Part shown: positions 1 to 8,119 of the stretch, one piece after another
How positions within the stretch are numbered: position 1 is the stretch's first letter
Layout of the letters: every line of letters begins with the position of its first letter
Virus genome (UHGV): UHGV-0065555
Length of the DNA stretch: 15,910 nt
DNA from: a virus
Direction: 5' to 3' (one strand)
Position numbers and translations under genes: made by a program
Notes under the pieces: generated by a model
Seen by the model: the letters and a program-made list of their open reading frames with translations, nothing else
Database searches by the model: none
What the model was told of the DNA's origin: nothing

Positions 1-2315
1 CAGGAACACGCGCGGATGGCGTCGCGTTCAGCATCGAGCAGGGTGCGGCGAACAATATCCTGCTGGCAAATGGCGGCGTGTTAACCGTGGAGTCAGACAC
101 CTCTTCTGACAAAACACAGGTCAATATGGGCGGACGGGAGATCGTCAAAACAAAAGCCACTGCGACAGGCACGACGCTCACCGGCGGTGAACAAATTGTC
201 GAGGGTGTGGCGAATGAGACAACAATTAACGACGGCGGAATACAAACAGTTTCAGCTAACGGAGAGGCAATAAAAACAAAGATCAATGAAGGCGGTACGC
301 TGACAGTCAACGATAATGGCAAAGCGACAGATATCGTCCAGAACAGCGGTGCCGCTCTCCAGACGAGCACGGCTAACGGTATTGAAATCAGCGGTACTCA
401 CCAGTACGGTACTTTTTCCATTTCCGGCAATTTAGCGACCAATATGTTGCTGGAAAATGGCGGTAATTTATTGGTATTAGCAGGTACCGAAGCTCGCGAC
501 TCCACGGTTGGCAAGGGTGGGGCAATGCAAAACCTGGGTCAGGACTCCGCCACAAAGGTTAACTCTGGCGGGCAATATACCCTTGGGCGGTCAAAAGATG
601 AGTTTCAGGCTCTGGCCCGGGCAGAAGATCTCCAGGTCGCTGGCGGTACGGCAATCGTCTACGCAGGTACGCTGGCGGATGCATCGGTCAGTGGCGCGAC
701 AGGAAGCCTGTCGTTAATGACGCCACGGGATAATGTTACGCCAGTTAAACTCGAAGGGGCGGTCCGGATTACCGATAGCGCGACATTGACTCTGGGAAAT
801 GGCGTCGATACCACGCTTGCCGACCTGACGGCTGCCAGCCGGGGCAGTGTCTGGCTTAACAGCAATAATTCCTGTGCAGGTACCAGCAACTGCGAATATA
901 GAGTAAACAGTTTGCTACTCAACGACGGTGATGTTTATTTGTCAGCACAAACAGCAGCGCCTGCCACAACTAACGGTATCTACAATACGCTGACAACCAA
1001 TGAACTTTCCGGTAGCGGTAATTTCTACCTGCATACCAACGTTGCAGGCTCCCGGGGCGATCAACTGGTCGTCAACAACAACGCCACTGGTAATTTTAAA
1101 ATCTTTGTTCAGGATACCGGCGTCAGCCCACAGTCTGACGACGCGATGACGCTGGTGAAAACAGGGGGAGGGGATGCTTCGTTTACGCTGGGCAATACCG
1201 GCGGTTTCGTTGATCTTGGGACCTATGAGTATGTCCTGAAAAGTGACGGCAACAGCAACTGGAACCTGACCAATGATGTAAAACCCAACCCGGACCCCAT
1301 CCCAAATCCAAAGCCAGACCCAAAACCCGATCCAAAGCCAGACCCAAATCCAAAACCAGACCCTACTCCCGATCCAACGCCGACACCCGTTCCGGAGAAA
1401 CGCATTACGCCTTCTACGGCAGCCGTACTCAATATGGCAGCAACATTACCGTTGGTATTTGATGCTGAGCTAAACAGTATTCGCGAGCGGTTGAACATAA
1501 TGAAAGCGAGTCCACACAACAATAATGTCTGGGGGGCGACGTATAACACCCGTAATAATGTCACCACCGATGCGGGTGCCGGGTTTGAGCAGACGCTGAC
1601 CGGAATGACAGTGGGGATCGACAGCCGTAATGATATTCCTGAAGGAATTACCACGCTAGGCGCTTTTATGGGCTATTCCCATTCACATATCGGTTTTGAT
1701 CGCGGAGGACATGGCAGTGTGGGCAGTTATTCTCTGGGCGGCTATGCCAGTTGGGAACATGAAAGTGGTTTCTATCTGGACGGTGTCGTGAAGCTGAACC
1801 GTTTTAAAAGTAACGTAGCAGGTAAAATGAGCAGCGGTGGAGCCGCCAATGGCAGTTACCACAGCAACGGGCTGGGCGGTCACATTGAAACCGGGATGCG
1901 ATTTACCGATGGTAACTGGAACCTGACGCCGTATGCATCGTTAACGGGGTTCACCGCTGATAACCCCGAATATCATTTATCCAATGGCATGAAATCGAAA
2001 TCAGTCGATACCCGCAGTATATATCGTGAACTGGGCGCAACGCTGAGTTACAACATGCGTCTGGGGAACGGTATGGAAGTTGAGCCGTGGCTGAAGGCGG
2101 CTGTGCGCAAAGAATTTGTCGATGATAACCGGGTGAAAGTGAATAGTGACGGTAATTTCGTCAATTATTTGTCGGGCAGACGTGGAATATACCAGGCAGG
2201 TATTAAAGCCTCATTCAGCAGTACGTTAAGCGGGCATCTTGGGGTGGGGTATAGCCATAGTGCCGGTGTGGAATCCCCGTGGAACGCGGTAGCTGGTGTG
2301 AACTGGTCGTTCTGA
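1..2315 (+). CDS. Type Va (AIDA-I/Ag43-like) autotransporter adhesin, 3' portion; 5' end lies outside the window
   Basis: Reading frame is open from the window edge (codons at 3,6,9...), so the GTG at 78 in the ORF track is not the true start. Passenger region is G/T/N/V-rich with recurring GG-x-x-V/T repeats typical of beta-helical passengers; Pro-rich linker PNPDPIPNPKPDPKPDP...; C-terminal beta-barrel segment ends ...AGVNWSF (aromatic terminal residue). Followed by a hairpin terminator. Confidence 0.85.
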   Translation, partial: GTRADGVAFSIEQGAANNILLANGGVLTVESDTSSDKTQVNMGGREIVKTKATATGTTLTGGEQIVEGVANETTINDGGIQTVSANGEAIKTKINEGGTLTVNDNGKATDIVQNSGAALQTSTANGIEISGTHQYGTFSISGNLATNMLLENGGNLLVLAGTEARDSTVGKGGAMQNLGQDSATKVNSGGQYTLGRSKDEFQALARAEDLQVAGGTAIVYAGTLADASVSGATGSLSLMTPRDNVTPVKLEGAVRITDSATLTLGNGVDTTLADLTAASRGSVWLNSNNSCAGTSNCEYRVNSLLLNDGDVYLSAQTAAPATTNGIYNTLTTNELSGSGNFYLHTNVAGSRGDQLVVNNNATGNFKIFVQDTGVSPQSDDAMTLVKTGGGDASFTLGNTGGFVDLGTYEYVLKSDGNSNWNLTNDVKPNPDPIPNPKPDPKPDPKPDPNPKPDPTPDPTPTPVPEKRITPSTAAVLNMAATLPLVFDAELNSIRERLNIMKASPHNNNVWGATYNTRNNVTTDAGAGFEQTLTGMTVGIDSRNDIPEGITTLGAFMGYSHSHIGFDRGGHGSVGSYSLGGYASWEHESGFYLDGVVKLNRFKSNVAGKMSSGGAANGSYHSNGLGGHIETGMRFTDGNWNLTPYASLTGFTADNPEYHLSNGMKSKSVDTRSIYRELGATLSYNMRLGNGMEVEPWLKAAVRKEFVDDNRVKVNSDGNFVNYLSGRRGIYQAGIKASFSSTLSGHLGVGYSHSAGVESPWNAVAGVNWSF
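1282..1395 (+). repeat. Short tandem codon repeats encoding a Pro-rich (P-D/N/K/T-P) linker inside the autotransporter
   Basis: DNA reads cc(a/c)(a/g)a(c/t)cc repeated; protein reads PNPDPIPNPKPDPKPDPKPDPNPKPDPTPDPTPTPVP. Confidence 0.6.
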
Positions 2316-2325
2316 CCATCAACGA

Positions 2326-2349
2326 AAAAGCCCACATCTGTGGGCTTTC
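2326..2349 (+). terminator. Rho-independent terminator after the autotransporter gene
   Basis: aaaaaGCCCACatctGTGGGCttt: GC stem, short loop, T-run, 10 nt after the stop codon. Confidence 0.6.
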
Positions 2350-2475
2350 ATGTTACCAGGAGCCGCGGCTCCTTTGCGTATCCTTTTATGTCTCCTCACC
2401 GTCTGGTCGGTGTTTTGCTGAGACTTCTAACTTCCTGTTTTTGTTGGTGTTGTCCTTACACCGTCCAATCATGAT

Positions 2476-2520
2476 TGGTGGAGCTGGCGGGAGTTGAACC
2501 CGCGTCCGAAATTCCTACAT
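2476..2520 (-). other. Prophage attachment-site core: 45-nt copy of the 3' end of tmRNA (ssrA), T-arm plus acceptor 3' strand
   Basis: TGGTGGAGCTGGCGGGAGTTGAACCCGCGTCCGAAATTCCTACAT is the reverse complement of the tmRNA 3' terminus as I recall it (...GGACGCGGGTTCAACTCCCGCCAGCTCCACCA). The match stops abruptly at 2520 and no full tmRNA body follows, so this is a partial att copy, not the gene. Confidence 0.7.
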
Positions 2521-2605
2521 ACCATTTTTACTATAATAAAAACATGTATTTATCTTTAAAATTAGTGTGTTAGTATTATTGTGTATTTGCTTGTTTTACC
2601 TATTT

Positions 2606-3667
2606 TTAATGCTCTGCCGCCAAAGTGCCGCCATCATCAACTGTCACCGGTTTCTCCATTACGTATGCTGACCATTCAGGAGAATAGAATGGTTGCAAAA
2701 ATTTAGAAAATTGTTCTGTATCAAATTTAATTTCACCAATGTACAAGTAGTTATATATATTACTGTAGTTTTGAAGCTGAAATCCGTAAGCTAGTTTTAA
2801 TATCTTTTTAGATAGATAAAATGCAGCCTCAAGTGATTCGGCTAACATTGATTCTGTGGGGGTGAACGTTCTTATTTTAGTGCCGTTGATTTTTAACTCT
2901 ATATAGGCTATTGAGATACAATCTACGCATAAAGTATCTAATAATTTAGCTATGTTATATGAAATTGTATTTAATCTGGTAAGGTGATCTTCTGCATTTG
3001 AATGGGGTGTAACCTTATCTTTTGATAAGTTATTATTAATGGTATCTAGGATTGACAATATACTTTTTTTAAAGTTCTCGTCTGGTGAATAATTGGATGT
3101 GATATCCATTGACGATTCTGTATATATATTGGAATATAATAAGTATGGGTTTGAGATTTTAATTTCATGAGTTGTTAGTATTTTAATTTTGTTGCTATCA
3201 TTGTAATTATAATATTTTGATGCGTCATCTACAAAGCTTTGCATCGTAAAGCTTGATATTTCTTTAATTTTATCTACGAAATTTTTCTCATGAGCAAAAT
3301 GTCTATCGATTGCATTTTTGATTTCAGATGAATTAATTTGTGCTTCGGTTTGTATCGTTCTGTGAATGTTATTTACTATGGAAGCTAATGGTACAGAACT
3401 TGCGAGTATCAATAATGGGAATTTGCTTATCTCATAGAATCTGGCATATCCGTGAGCAGAAAGAACAGGTATTTTACCAAACCATGCAAATGCTCCAAAA
3501 TAAATGAATGACAGCAGTGGTACTGCAATTGAAATCCAAAATAATTTCTGTTGAAATAAATTTCTTTTATCGAGAATGTACCACTTTTTATATATTGATA
3601 CAAACGCAAAAAGAATAATTGCCAAAATATACACAATAATTCCAGTAAAGCTAGTATTAATGTTCAT
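2606..3667 (-). CDS. AT-rich predicted membrane protein (moron) between int and att; function unknown
   Basis: 353 aa; two to three N-terminal hydrophobic helices (FTGIIVYILAIILFAFVSIY, LFWISIAVPLLSFIYFGAFAWF) then an N/K/I/Y-rich soluble region. Very AT-rich versus neighbours. Its ATG overlaps the int stop (ATGA on the minus strand). Confidence 0.55.
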   Translation of the reverse strand: MNINTSFTGIIVYILAIILFAFVSIYKKWYILDKRNLFQQKLFWISIAVPLLSFIYFGAFAWFGKIPVLSAHGYARFYEISKFPLLILASSVPLASIVNNIHRTIQTEAQINSSEIKNAIDRHFAHEKNFVDKIKEISSFTMQSFVDDASKYYNYNDSNKIKILTTHEIKISNPYLLYSNIYTESSMDITSNYSPDENFKKSILSILDTINNNLSKDKVTPHSNAEDHLTRLNTISYNIAKLLDTLCVDCISIAYIELKINGTKIRTFTPTESMLAESLEAAFYLSKKILKLAYGFQLQNYSNIYNYLYIGEIKFDTEQFSKFLQPFYSPEWSAYVMEKPVTVDDGGTLAAEH

Positions 3668-4686
3668 ATAATATTTAAATTAAATAGTGGGTTTTTAGTT
3701 ACTGCATCTTCAAGATGCTCTGGTGAAAAATGGGCATAAACCATAGTCATCTTAATATCTGAATGCCCTAAAATATCCCTCAAAACGAGTATGTTTCCGC
3801 CATTCATCATGAAGTGACTGGCGAATGTGTGGCGCAGTACATGGGTGCATTGGCCTTCTGGCAGCTCAATACCCGCGCGTTTAACCGCCCGCTCAAAGGC
3901 TTTTCTACATGGAGTGAATAGCTTCCCTCTGTTTTTGGGGAGTTCATCATACAGATCCTGAGATATCGGCACAGTACGGTTTTTCTTGCCTTTTGTTTTT
4001 GTATAAGTAATTCGGTATTTCGATATTTGATGGCCCTGCAGATTTTCGGCTTCACTCCACCGTGCGCCAGTAGCTAGGCATATTTTTGCAATCATTAGTA
4101 AGCTAGGGCTTTGAGATTCAGCACATGCTGCCAACAGGCGCTTGATTTCGTCCGTGGAAAGAAAAGCCAGCTCACCTTCGGCAATTTTGAAGGTCGGAAG
4201 TCCTGCCAGCGGGTTTGGTGCTGACCAGTGTCCTAGTTTTTTTAATGTACCGAACACAGATGATAGATTGCGCTGTTCAAGGTTTACCGTGCGGGGCTTA
4301 ACGGGCGACATAAGCGTGCCATCTTCATTTCGTATTTCACCTTTTAACCGTGCTTCGCGGTATTTTGTAAAGTCACCAGCTGTCAGTTCTGAGGCGATGG
4401 GATCGCCTAGACCATTACAGATAATTCTAAGTTTCGCCATGAGGCGCTTGGGGTCTGCGAGTGTTTGACCATACAGGGAATACCAAAGCTCAATTAATTC
4501 TGATAGGCGTCGCCGATCATCCTTTTCACCCAACCACGGTTTTTTATTCACTTCTTCCATTGTGAAGCTTTCAAACGCAATGGCTTCGCCTTTCGTGGCA
4601 AATTGCTTACGCACGCGCTTGCCATTGCGTCCATTGGGATAGCACTCACACAACCATTTTCCGTTCGGCTGTTTTCTGATGGTCAT
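3664..4686 (-). CDS. int: Tyrosine recombinase / integrase, P2 family
   Basis: 340 aa; N-terminus MTIRKQPNGKW...YPNGRNGKRVRKQF and C-terminal catalytic region ...ATGARWSEA...HVLRHTFASHFMMNGG...LGHSDIKMTMVYAHF closely resemble P2 Int as I recall it (R, H-x-x-R and Y motifs present). Confidence 0.9.
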   Translation of the reverse strand: MTIRKQPNGKWLCECYPNGRNGKRVRKQFATKGEAIAFESFTMEEVNKKPWLGEKDDRRRLSELIELWYSLYGQTLADPKRLMAKLRIICNGLGDPIASELTAGDFTKYREARLKGEIRNEDGTLMSPVKPRTVNLEQRNLSSVFGTLKKLGHWSAPNPLAGLPTFKIAEGELAFLSTDEIKRLLAACAESQSPSLLMIAKICLATGARWSEAENLQGHQISKYRITYTKTKGKKNRTVPISQDLYDELPKNRGKLFTPCRKAFERAVKRAGIELPEGQCTHVLRHTFASHFMMNGGNILVLRDILGHSDIKMTMVYAHFSPEHLEDAVTKNPLFNLNII

Positions 4687-4687
4687 A

Positions 4688-5320
4688 TCAAAGGCTCTTA
4701 ATGATTTTCAGTGCGCGGCCTACTACCTCAATGTCATCCAGACCGCACTCAAACGATGAATCATCCTGATGCACTACTAATTTGTTTCCCGGGAGTCGAG
4801 TCAATTTAACGATGCTTTTTATCCCGTCGATATCGACTAACCACATACCATTTACTGGTGGTGTTTGGTTGCGATCTATTAAATAAGAATCACCAGAAGT
4901 AGTCACCAGCAGTAGGTTGCTTGAGTCTGAGGGGAGTATGCTGCTATCAATGATTGCTTTTCCAGCATCGACCAATAAACCACCGTTGAGAGTCGCCTTG
5001 TCAATTTCAGGAGATACTAGTTCAGAAAGAGGTACAACCTTGCTGGAGTTCACGGAATTGATATTTTTTTTAGGTTCAATGTTTGGACCTGGCTCCCCCT
5101 GTCCGGTGGTTAGCCACAGTAAAGAAACTCCTGTTTCCAAGGCGCACTGAATCACCCACTCTGCAGGAAAACTATCTCTTAAGTATCTGTTTGCCATGGT
5201 GCTTTTTGATGCGCCTAAGTGATCGCAAAGTTGCTGTCTGGACTTGAAATCATAGGCTGCCATTAGTCTATGGATAGCCTCTCTTCCCCCTGTATTCTCT
5301 CCAACCTTTACCTGTATCAT
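4688..5320 (-). CDS. cI: CI-type immunity repressor (186-like), N-terminal HTH
   Basis: 210 aa, divergent from the Cox/Apl-like gene and adjacent to int as in 186. HTH-like segment SRQQLCDHLGASKSTMANRYL; AGGA RBS 7 nt upstream of the ATG at 5320. Identification rests on position and architecture, not on an alignment. Confidence 0.6.
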   Translation of the reverse strand: MIQVKVGENTGGREAIHRLMAAYDFKSRQQLCDHLGASKSTMANRYLRDSFPAEWVIQCALETGVSLLWLTTGQGEPGPNIEPKKNINSVNSSKVVPLSELVSPEIDKATLNGGLLVDAGKAIIDSSILPSDSSNLLLVTTSGDSYLIDRNQTPPVNGMWLVDIDGIKSIVKLTRLPGNKLVVHQDDSSFECGLDDIEVVGRALKIIKSL

Positions 5321-5337
5321 TTTTTAATCCTGTTGGC

Positions 5338-5384
5338 GTATCAAATATTGGATCGTAGTATCTCGATGTATCAAATATTGAATC
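5338..5384. promoter_or_regulatory. Operator-like direct repeats in the cI / apl divergent promoter region
   Basis: GTATCAAATATTGGATC at 5338-5354 and GTATCAAATATTGAATC at 5368-5384, 30 bp apart centre to centre, each with an AATATT palindromic core. Confidence 0.4.
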
Positions 5385-5439
5385 AAGTAAAACGAGATAA
5401 AACGACGTAAACCAAACCTTAATCGGGAGATACTGCACT

Positions 5440-5682
5440 ATGAGCACTGATATTTCAATTCGTGTACCAAAAGAGATGGCTACGCCTGCAGAGTTCGCGG
5501 AATGGGAAGGTATCTCCCGCGGCTCCGTGTATCAAAAAATTCACCATGGTCAGCTTGCTAAATACATGGTCAAGAAAGAAAAAAACAAAGGCCGCGTAAG
5601 CCTGCGTTATTTAATGTACAAAACCGATCAGGTCCGTGAATCCCTCGGTCATTCCAACTTCCGCGTCATTGTTGGTAAGTAA
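5440..5682 (+). CDS. Cox/Apl-like small HTH excisionase-regulator
   Basis: 80 aa; TPAEFAEWEGISRGSVYQKIHHGQL resembles the P2 Cox HTH (..EFAKLIGKSTGAVRRMIDKGKL..) as recalled; first gene of the rightward early operon; GGGAG RBS. Confidence 0.6.
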   Translation: MSTDISIRVPKEMATPAEFAEWEGISRGSVYQKIHHGQLAKYMVKKEKNKGRVSLRYLMYKTDQVRESLGHSNFRVIVGK

Positions 5683-5714
5683 GTTCAATTATGAGAACTT
5701 TCTAAGGGGGTAGC

Positions 5715-6224
5715 ATGTTTGATTATAAGATTTCCAAACACCCGCATTTTGATGAAGCCTGTAGAGCTTTTGCACTTCGTCACAATATGGCGAAGCTGGC
5801 AGAACGTGCAGGAATGAATGTCCAGACTCTGCGAAACAAACTCAACCCAGATCAACCGCATCAGCTCAATGCGCCAGATATCTGGCTACTTACCGATCTG
5901 ACGGAAGATTCAACGCTGGTAGACGGTTTTCTGGCACAGATTCACTGCCTGCCATGTGTACCGATTAATGAGGTGGCAAAAGAGAAACTGCCACATTACG
6001 TCATGAGTGCAACCGCAGAGATCGGGCGTGTTGCTGCAGGTGCGGTATCTGGCGATGTAAAAACCAGTGCAGGTCGTCGTGATGCTATCAGCAGCATTAA
6101 CTCTGTTACACGACTGATGGCGTTAGCTGCTGTTTCATTGCAGGCCCGTTTACAGGTTAATCCTGCGATGGCAAGTGCAGTTGATACTGTAACTGGCCTC
6201 GGTGCTTCATTCGGTTTGCTGTGA
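5715..6224 (+). CDS. cII: CII-type transcriptional activator (phage 186 CII-like)
   Basis: 169 aa, the same length as 186 CII, in the same position directly after apl; strong RBS AAGGGGG. Sequence similarity is from memory only. Confidence 0.7.
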   Translation: MFDYKISKHPHFDEACRAFALRHNMAKLAERAGMNVQTLRNKLNPDQPHQLNAPDIWLLTDLTEDSTLVDGFLAQIHCLPCVPINEVAKEKLPHYVMSATAEIGRVAAGAVSGDVKTSAGRRDAISSINSVTRLMALAAVSLQARLQVNPAMASAVDTVTGLGASFGLL

Positions 6225-6231
6225 GGTGCTT

Positions 6232-6432
6232 ATGCTGACGAAAGAACCATCATTTGCATCGCTGCTAGTAAAACAAAGTCCGGCAATGCACTACGGTCAC
6301 GGCTGGATCATGGGTGAGGATGGTAAACGCTGGCATCCGTGCCGTTCGCAAGATGAATTGTTGGCAGAACTATCAACGAAAAAACGGGGGAACAAATGGC
6401 TATTGAAGGCGCTGCGGCGACTGTTCCATTAA
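6232..6432 (+). CDS. Small early-operon protein, function unknown
   Basis: ATG at 6232 preceded by a GAGGTG RBS that overlaps the cII stop; the ORF-track start at 6202 is probably a non-ATG artefact. Confidence 0.45.
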   Translation: MLTKEPSFASLLVKQSPAMHYGHGWIMGEDGKRWHPCRSQDELLAELSTKKRGNKWLLKALRRLFH

Positions 6433-6737
6433 GCCCAGGTGAACGCCTGAATGGACTTAATCATATTGCGGAATTAAGGGCGAAAGTATTTGGCCTGAAT
6501 ATTGAGTCAGAGCTTGAGCGGTTTATTAAAGATATACGTGATCCACGGGATGTTAATTATGAACGAAATAAACGAGCACTGGCTGCTATATTCTTTATAG
6601 CAAAAATTCCAGCTGAACGTCATAGCATCAGCATTAATGAGCTGACCACTGACGAAAAGCGGGAGTTGATTAAAGTAATGAATCATCTTCGTGCAGTGGT
6701 GAGCTTATTTCCCAGACGGCTAGCCATGCCGAATTAA
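6396..6737 (+). CDS. Hypothetical early-operon protein
   Basis: 113 aa; ATG at 6396 with a GGGGGA RBS; overlaps the previous ORF by 37 nt. Confidence 0.45.
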   Translation: MAIEGAAATVPLSPGERLNGLNHIAELRAKVFGLNIESELERFIKDIRDPRDVNYERNKRALAAIFFIAKIPAERHSISINELTTDEKRELIKVMNHLRAVVSLFPRRLAMPN

Positions 6738-6804
6738 CCAATTAATGAAATTCATGGCGTAAACCCGCCGGGCATTCCTTTATCTAAATTCAGGAGAATT
6801 GATT

Positions 6805-7038
6805 ATGCGTAATATTGAAACCCTCTCGACTAAAACCGGACCGGATGACGCAGGACTTAATATTTTACTGACAGAGGCTCGTCTGGAAGAACGTCGGGCA
6901 AGAGCTGAAGCAATGGCAGCTCGCCTTGATAGCCTTGCGTGCCATATCACATCCCGCCAGCTAAACCACGTTGAAGCGGCTGAACTGCTGCGTGTGGCAG
7001 CTGAAGCAATCCAGAACGAAGCGCAGGAGATCCACTAA
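6805..7038 (+). CDS. Hypothetical small alpha-helical protein
   Basis: ATG at 6805 preceded by an AGGAGA RBS; the ORF-track start at 6799 is TTG. Stop overlaps the next start (TAATG). Confidence 0.5.
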   Translation: MRNIETLSTKTGPDDAGLNILLTEARLEERRARAEAMAARLDSLACHITSRQLNHVEAAELLRVAAEAIQNEAQEIH

Positions 7039-7265
7039 TGGCTGATGCAATGGATCTCGTACAGCAGCGCGTTGAAGAAGAACGCCAGCGTCATATCCGT
7101 GCTGCCCGTGCCAAAACGCCGGGCGTGTCCCGCGTGCTTTGCATTGAGTGTGAAGCGCCAATTCCGCCAGCACGCCGCCGTGCCATTCCGGGTGTGCAGC
7201 TTTGCATTACCTGTCAGGAAATCGCAGAGCTGAAAGGCAAACATTACAACGGAGGTGCTGTATGA
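7038..7265 (+). CDS. TraR/DksA-family C4 zinc-finger protein
   Basis: 75 aa with CIECEAPIP...CITCQ (Cx2C...Cx2C) after a coiled-coil-like N-terminus; position matches the TraR-like ORF of P2/186 early operons. Confidence 0.7.
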   Translation: MADAMDLVQQRVEEERQRHIRAARAKTPGVSRVLCIECEAPIPPARRRAIPGVQLCITCQEIAELKGKHYNGGAV

Positions 7266-8119
7266 GCACCATCCTGAAATGGGCGGGAAATAAAACCGCC
7301 ATTATGTCCGAACTGAAAAAGCATCTTCCTGCTGGCCCGCGACTGGTTGAACCTTTCGCGGGTTCCTGTGCAGTGATGATGGAGACGGAGTACCCCAGCT
7401 ATCTTGTTGCGGATATTAATCCTGATTTAATCAACCTCTATAAAAAGGTTGCTGCTGATTGTGAATCGTTTATATCTCGCGCCAGAGTTTTATTTGAGAT
7501 CGCAAACAGGGAGGTGGCTTATTACAACATAAGGCAGGAGTTTAATTACTCAACTGAAATTACTGATTTCATGAAAGCGGTATATTTCCTGTATCTCAAT
7601 CGTCACGGTTACCGTGGTTTATGTCGCTATAACAAGAGCGGGCATTTCAACATTCCCTACGGTAATTATAAAAATCCGTATTTCCCTGAAAAAGAAATTC
7701 GCGCATTTGCAGAAAAAGCCCAGCGAGCAACGTTTATCTGCGCCAGCTTTGATGAAACGCTGGCGATGTTGAAGGCAGGGGATGTGGTGTATTGCGATCC
7801 GCCGTATGACGGTACGTTTTCCGGCTATCACACTGATGGTTTCACTGAAGATGACCAGTATCACCTGGCATCCGTTCTTGAACATCGGTCATCAGAAGGA
7901 CATCCGGTCATTGTTTCTAACAGTGACACATCCCTGATCCGTTCGCTGTATCGCAATTTTACTCACCACTATATCAAGGTAAAACGCAGCATCGGTGTGG
8001 CAGCTGGCGAGGGTAAATCAGCAACAGAAATCATTGCTGTTTCCGGGCCGCGCTGCTGGGTGGGATTTGATTATTCGCGTGGCCTGGATAGTTCTGCCGT
8101 GTACGGAGTACGTGCATGA
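7262..8119 (+). CDS. dam: DNA N6-adenine methyltransferase, Dam/D12 class
   Basis: Start [11 protein letters not shown] at 7262 (ATGA overlap with the upstream gene). SAM-binding motif EPFAGSCAV and catalytic DPPY motif ([10 protein letters not shown]). Confidence 0.85.
   Translation: MSTILKWAGNKTAIMSELKKHLPAGPRLVEPFAGSCAVMMETEYPSYLVADINPDLINLYKKVAADCESFISRARVLFEIANREVAYYNIRQEFNYSTEITDFMKAVYFLYLNRHGYRGLCRYNKSGHFNIPYGNYKNPYFPEKEIRAFAEKAQRATFICASFDETLAMLKAGDVVYCDPPYDGTFSGYHTDGFTEDDQYHLASVLEHRSSEGHPVIVSNSDTSLIRSLYRNFTHHYIKVKRSIGVAAGEGKSATEIIAVSGPRCWVGFDYSRGLDSSAVYGVRA

Noticed and set aside
508-1883. Several 66-143 aa ORFs on both strands (508-717, 659-922, 1223-1654, 1683-1883)
   Set aside because: All nested in or antisense to the autotransporter reading frame; composition artefacts.
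2279-2497. 72-aa plus-strand ORF spanning the terminator and the att repeat
   Set aside because: Crosses a terminator hairpin and the tmRNA fragment; no RBS.
3427-5150. Short ORFs nested in the moron, int and cI (3427-3636, 3807-4055, 4142-4468, 4917-5150)
   Set aside because: Overlap well-supported genes in other frames or on the opposite strand.
7202-7261. Upstream extension of the dam ORF (track start 7202)
   Set aside because: The extension overlaps the TraR-like gene; the ATG at 7262 with ATGA stop-start coupling is the more parsimonious start.
6961-7885. Antisense or alternate-frame ORFs over the TraR-like and dam genes (6961-7173, 7035-7244, 7045-7233, 7619-7885)
   Set aside because: Overlap stronger calls; no independent signals.
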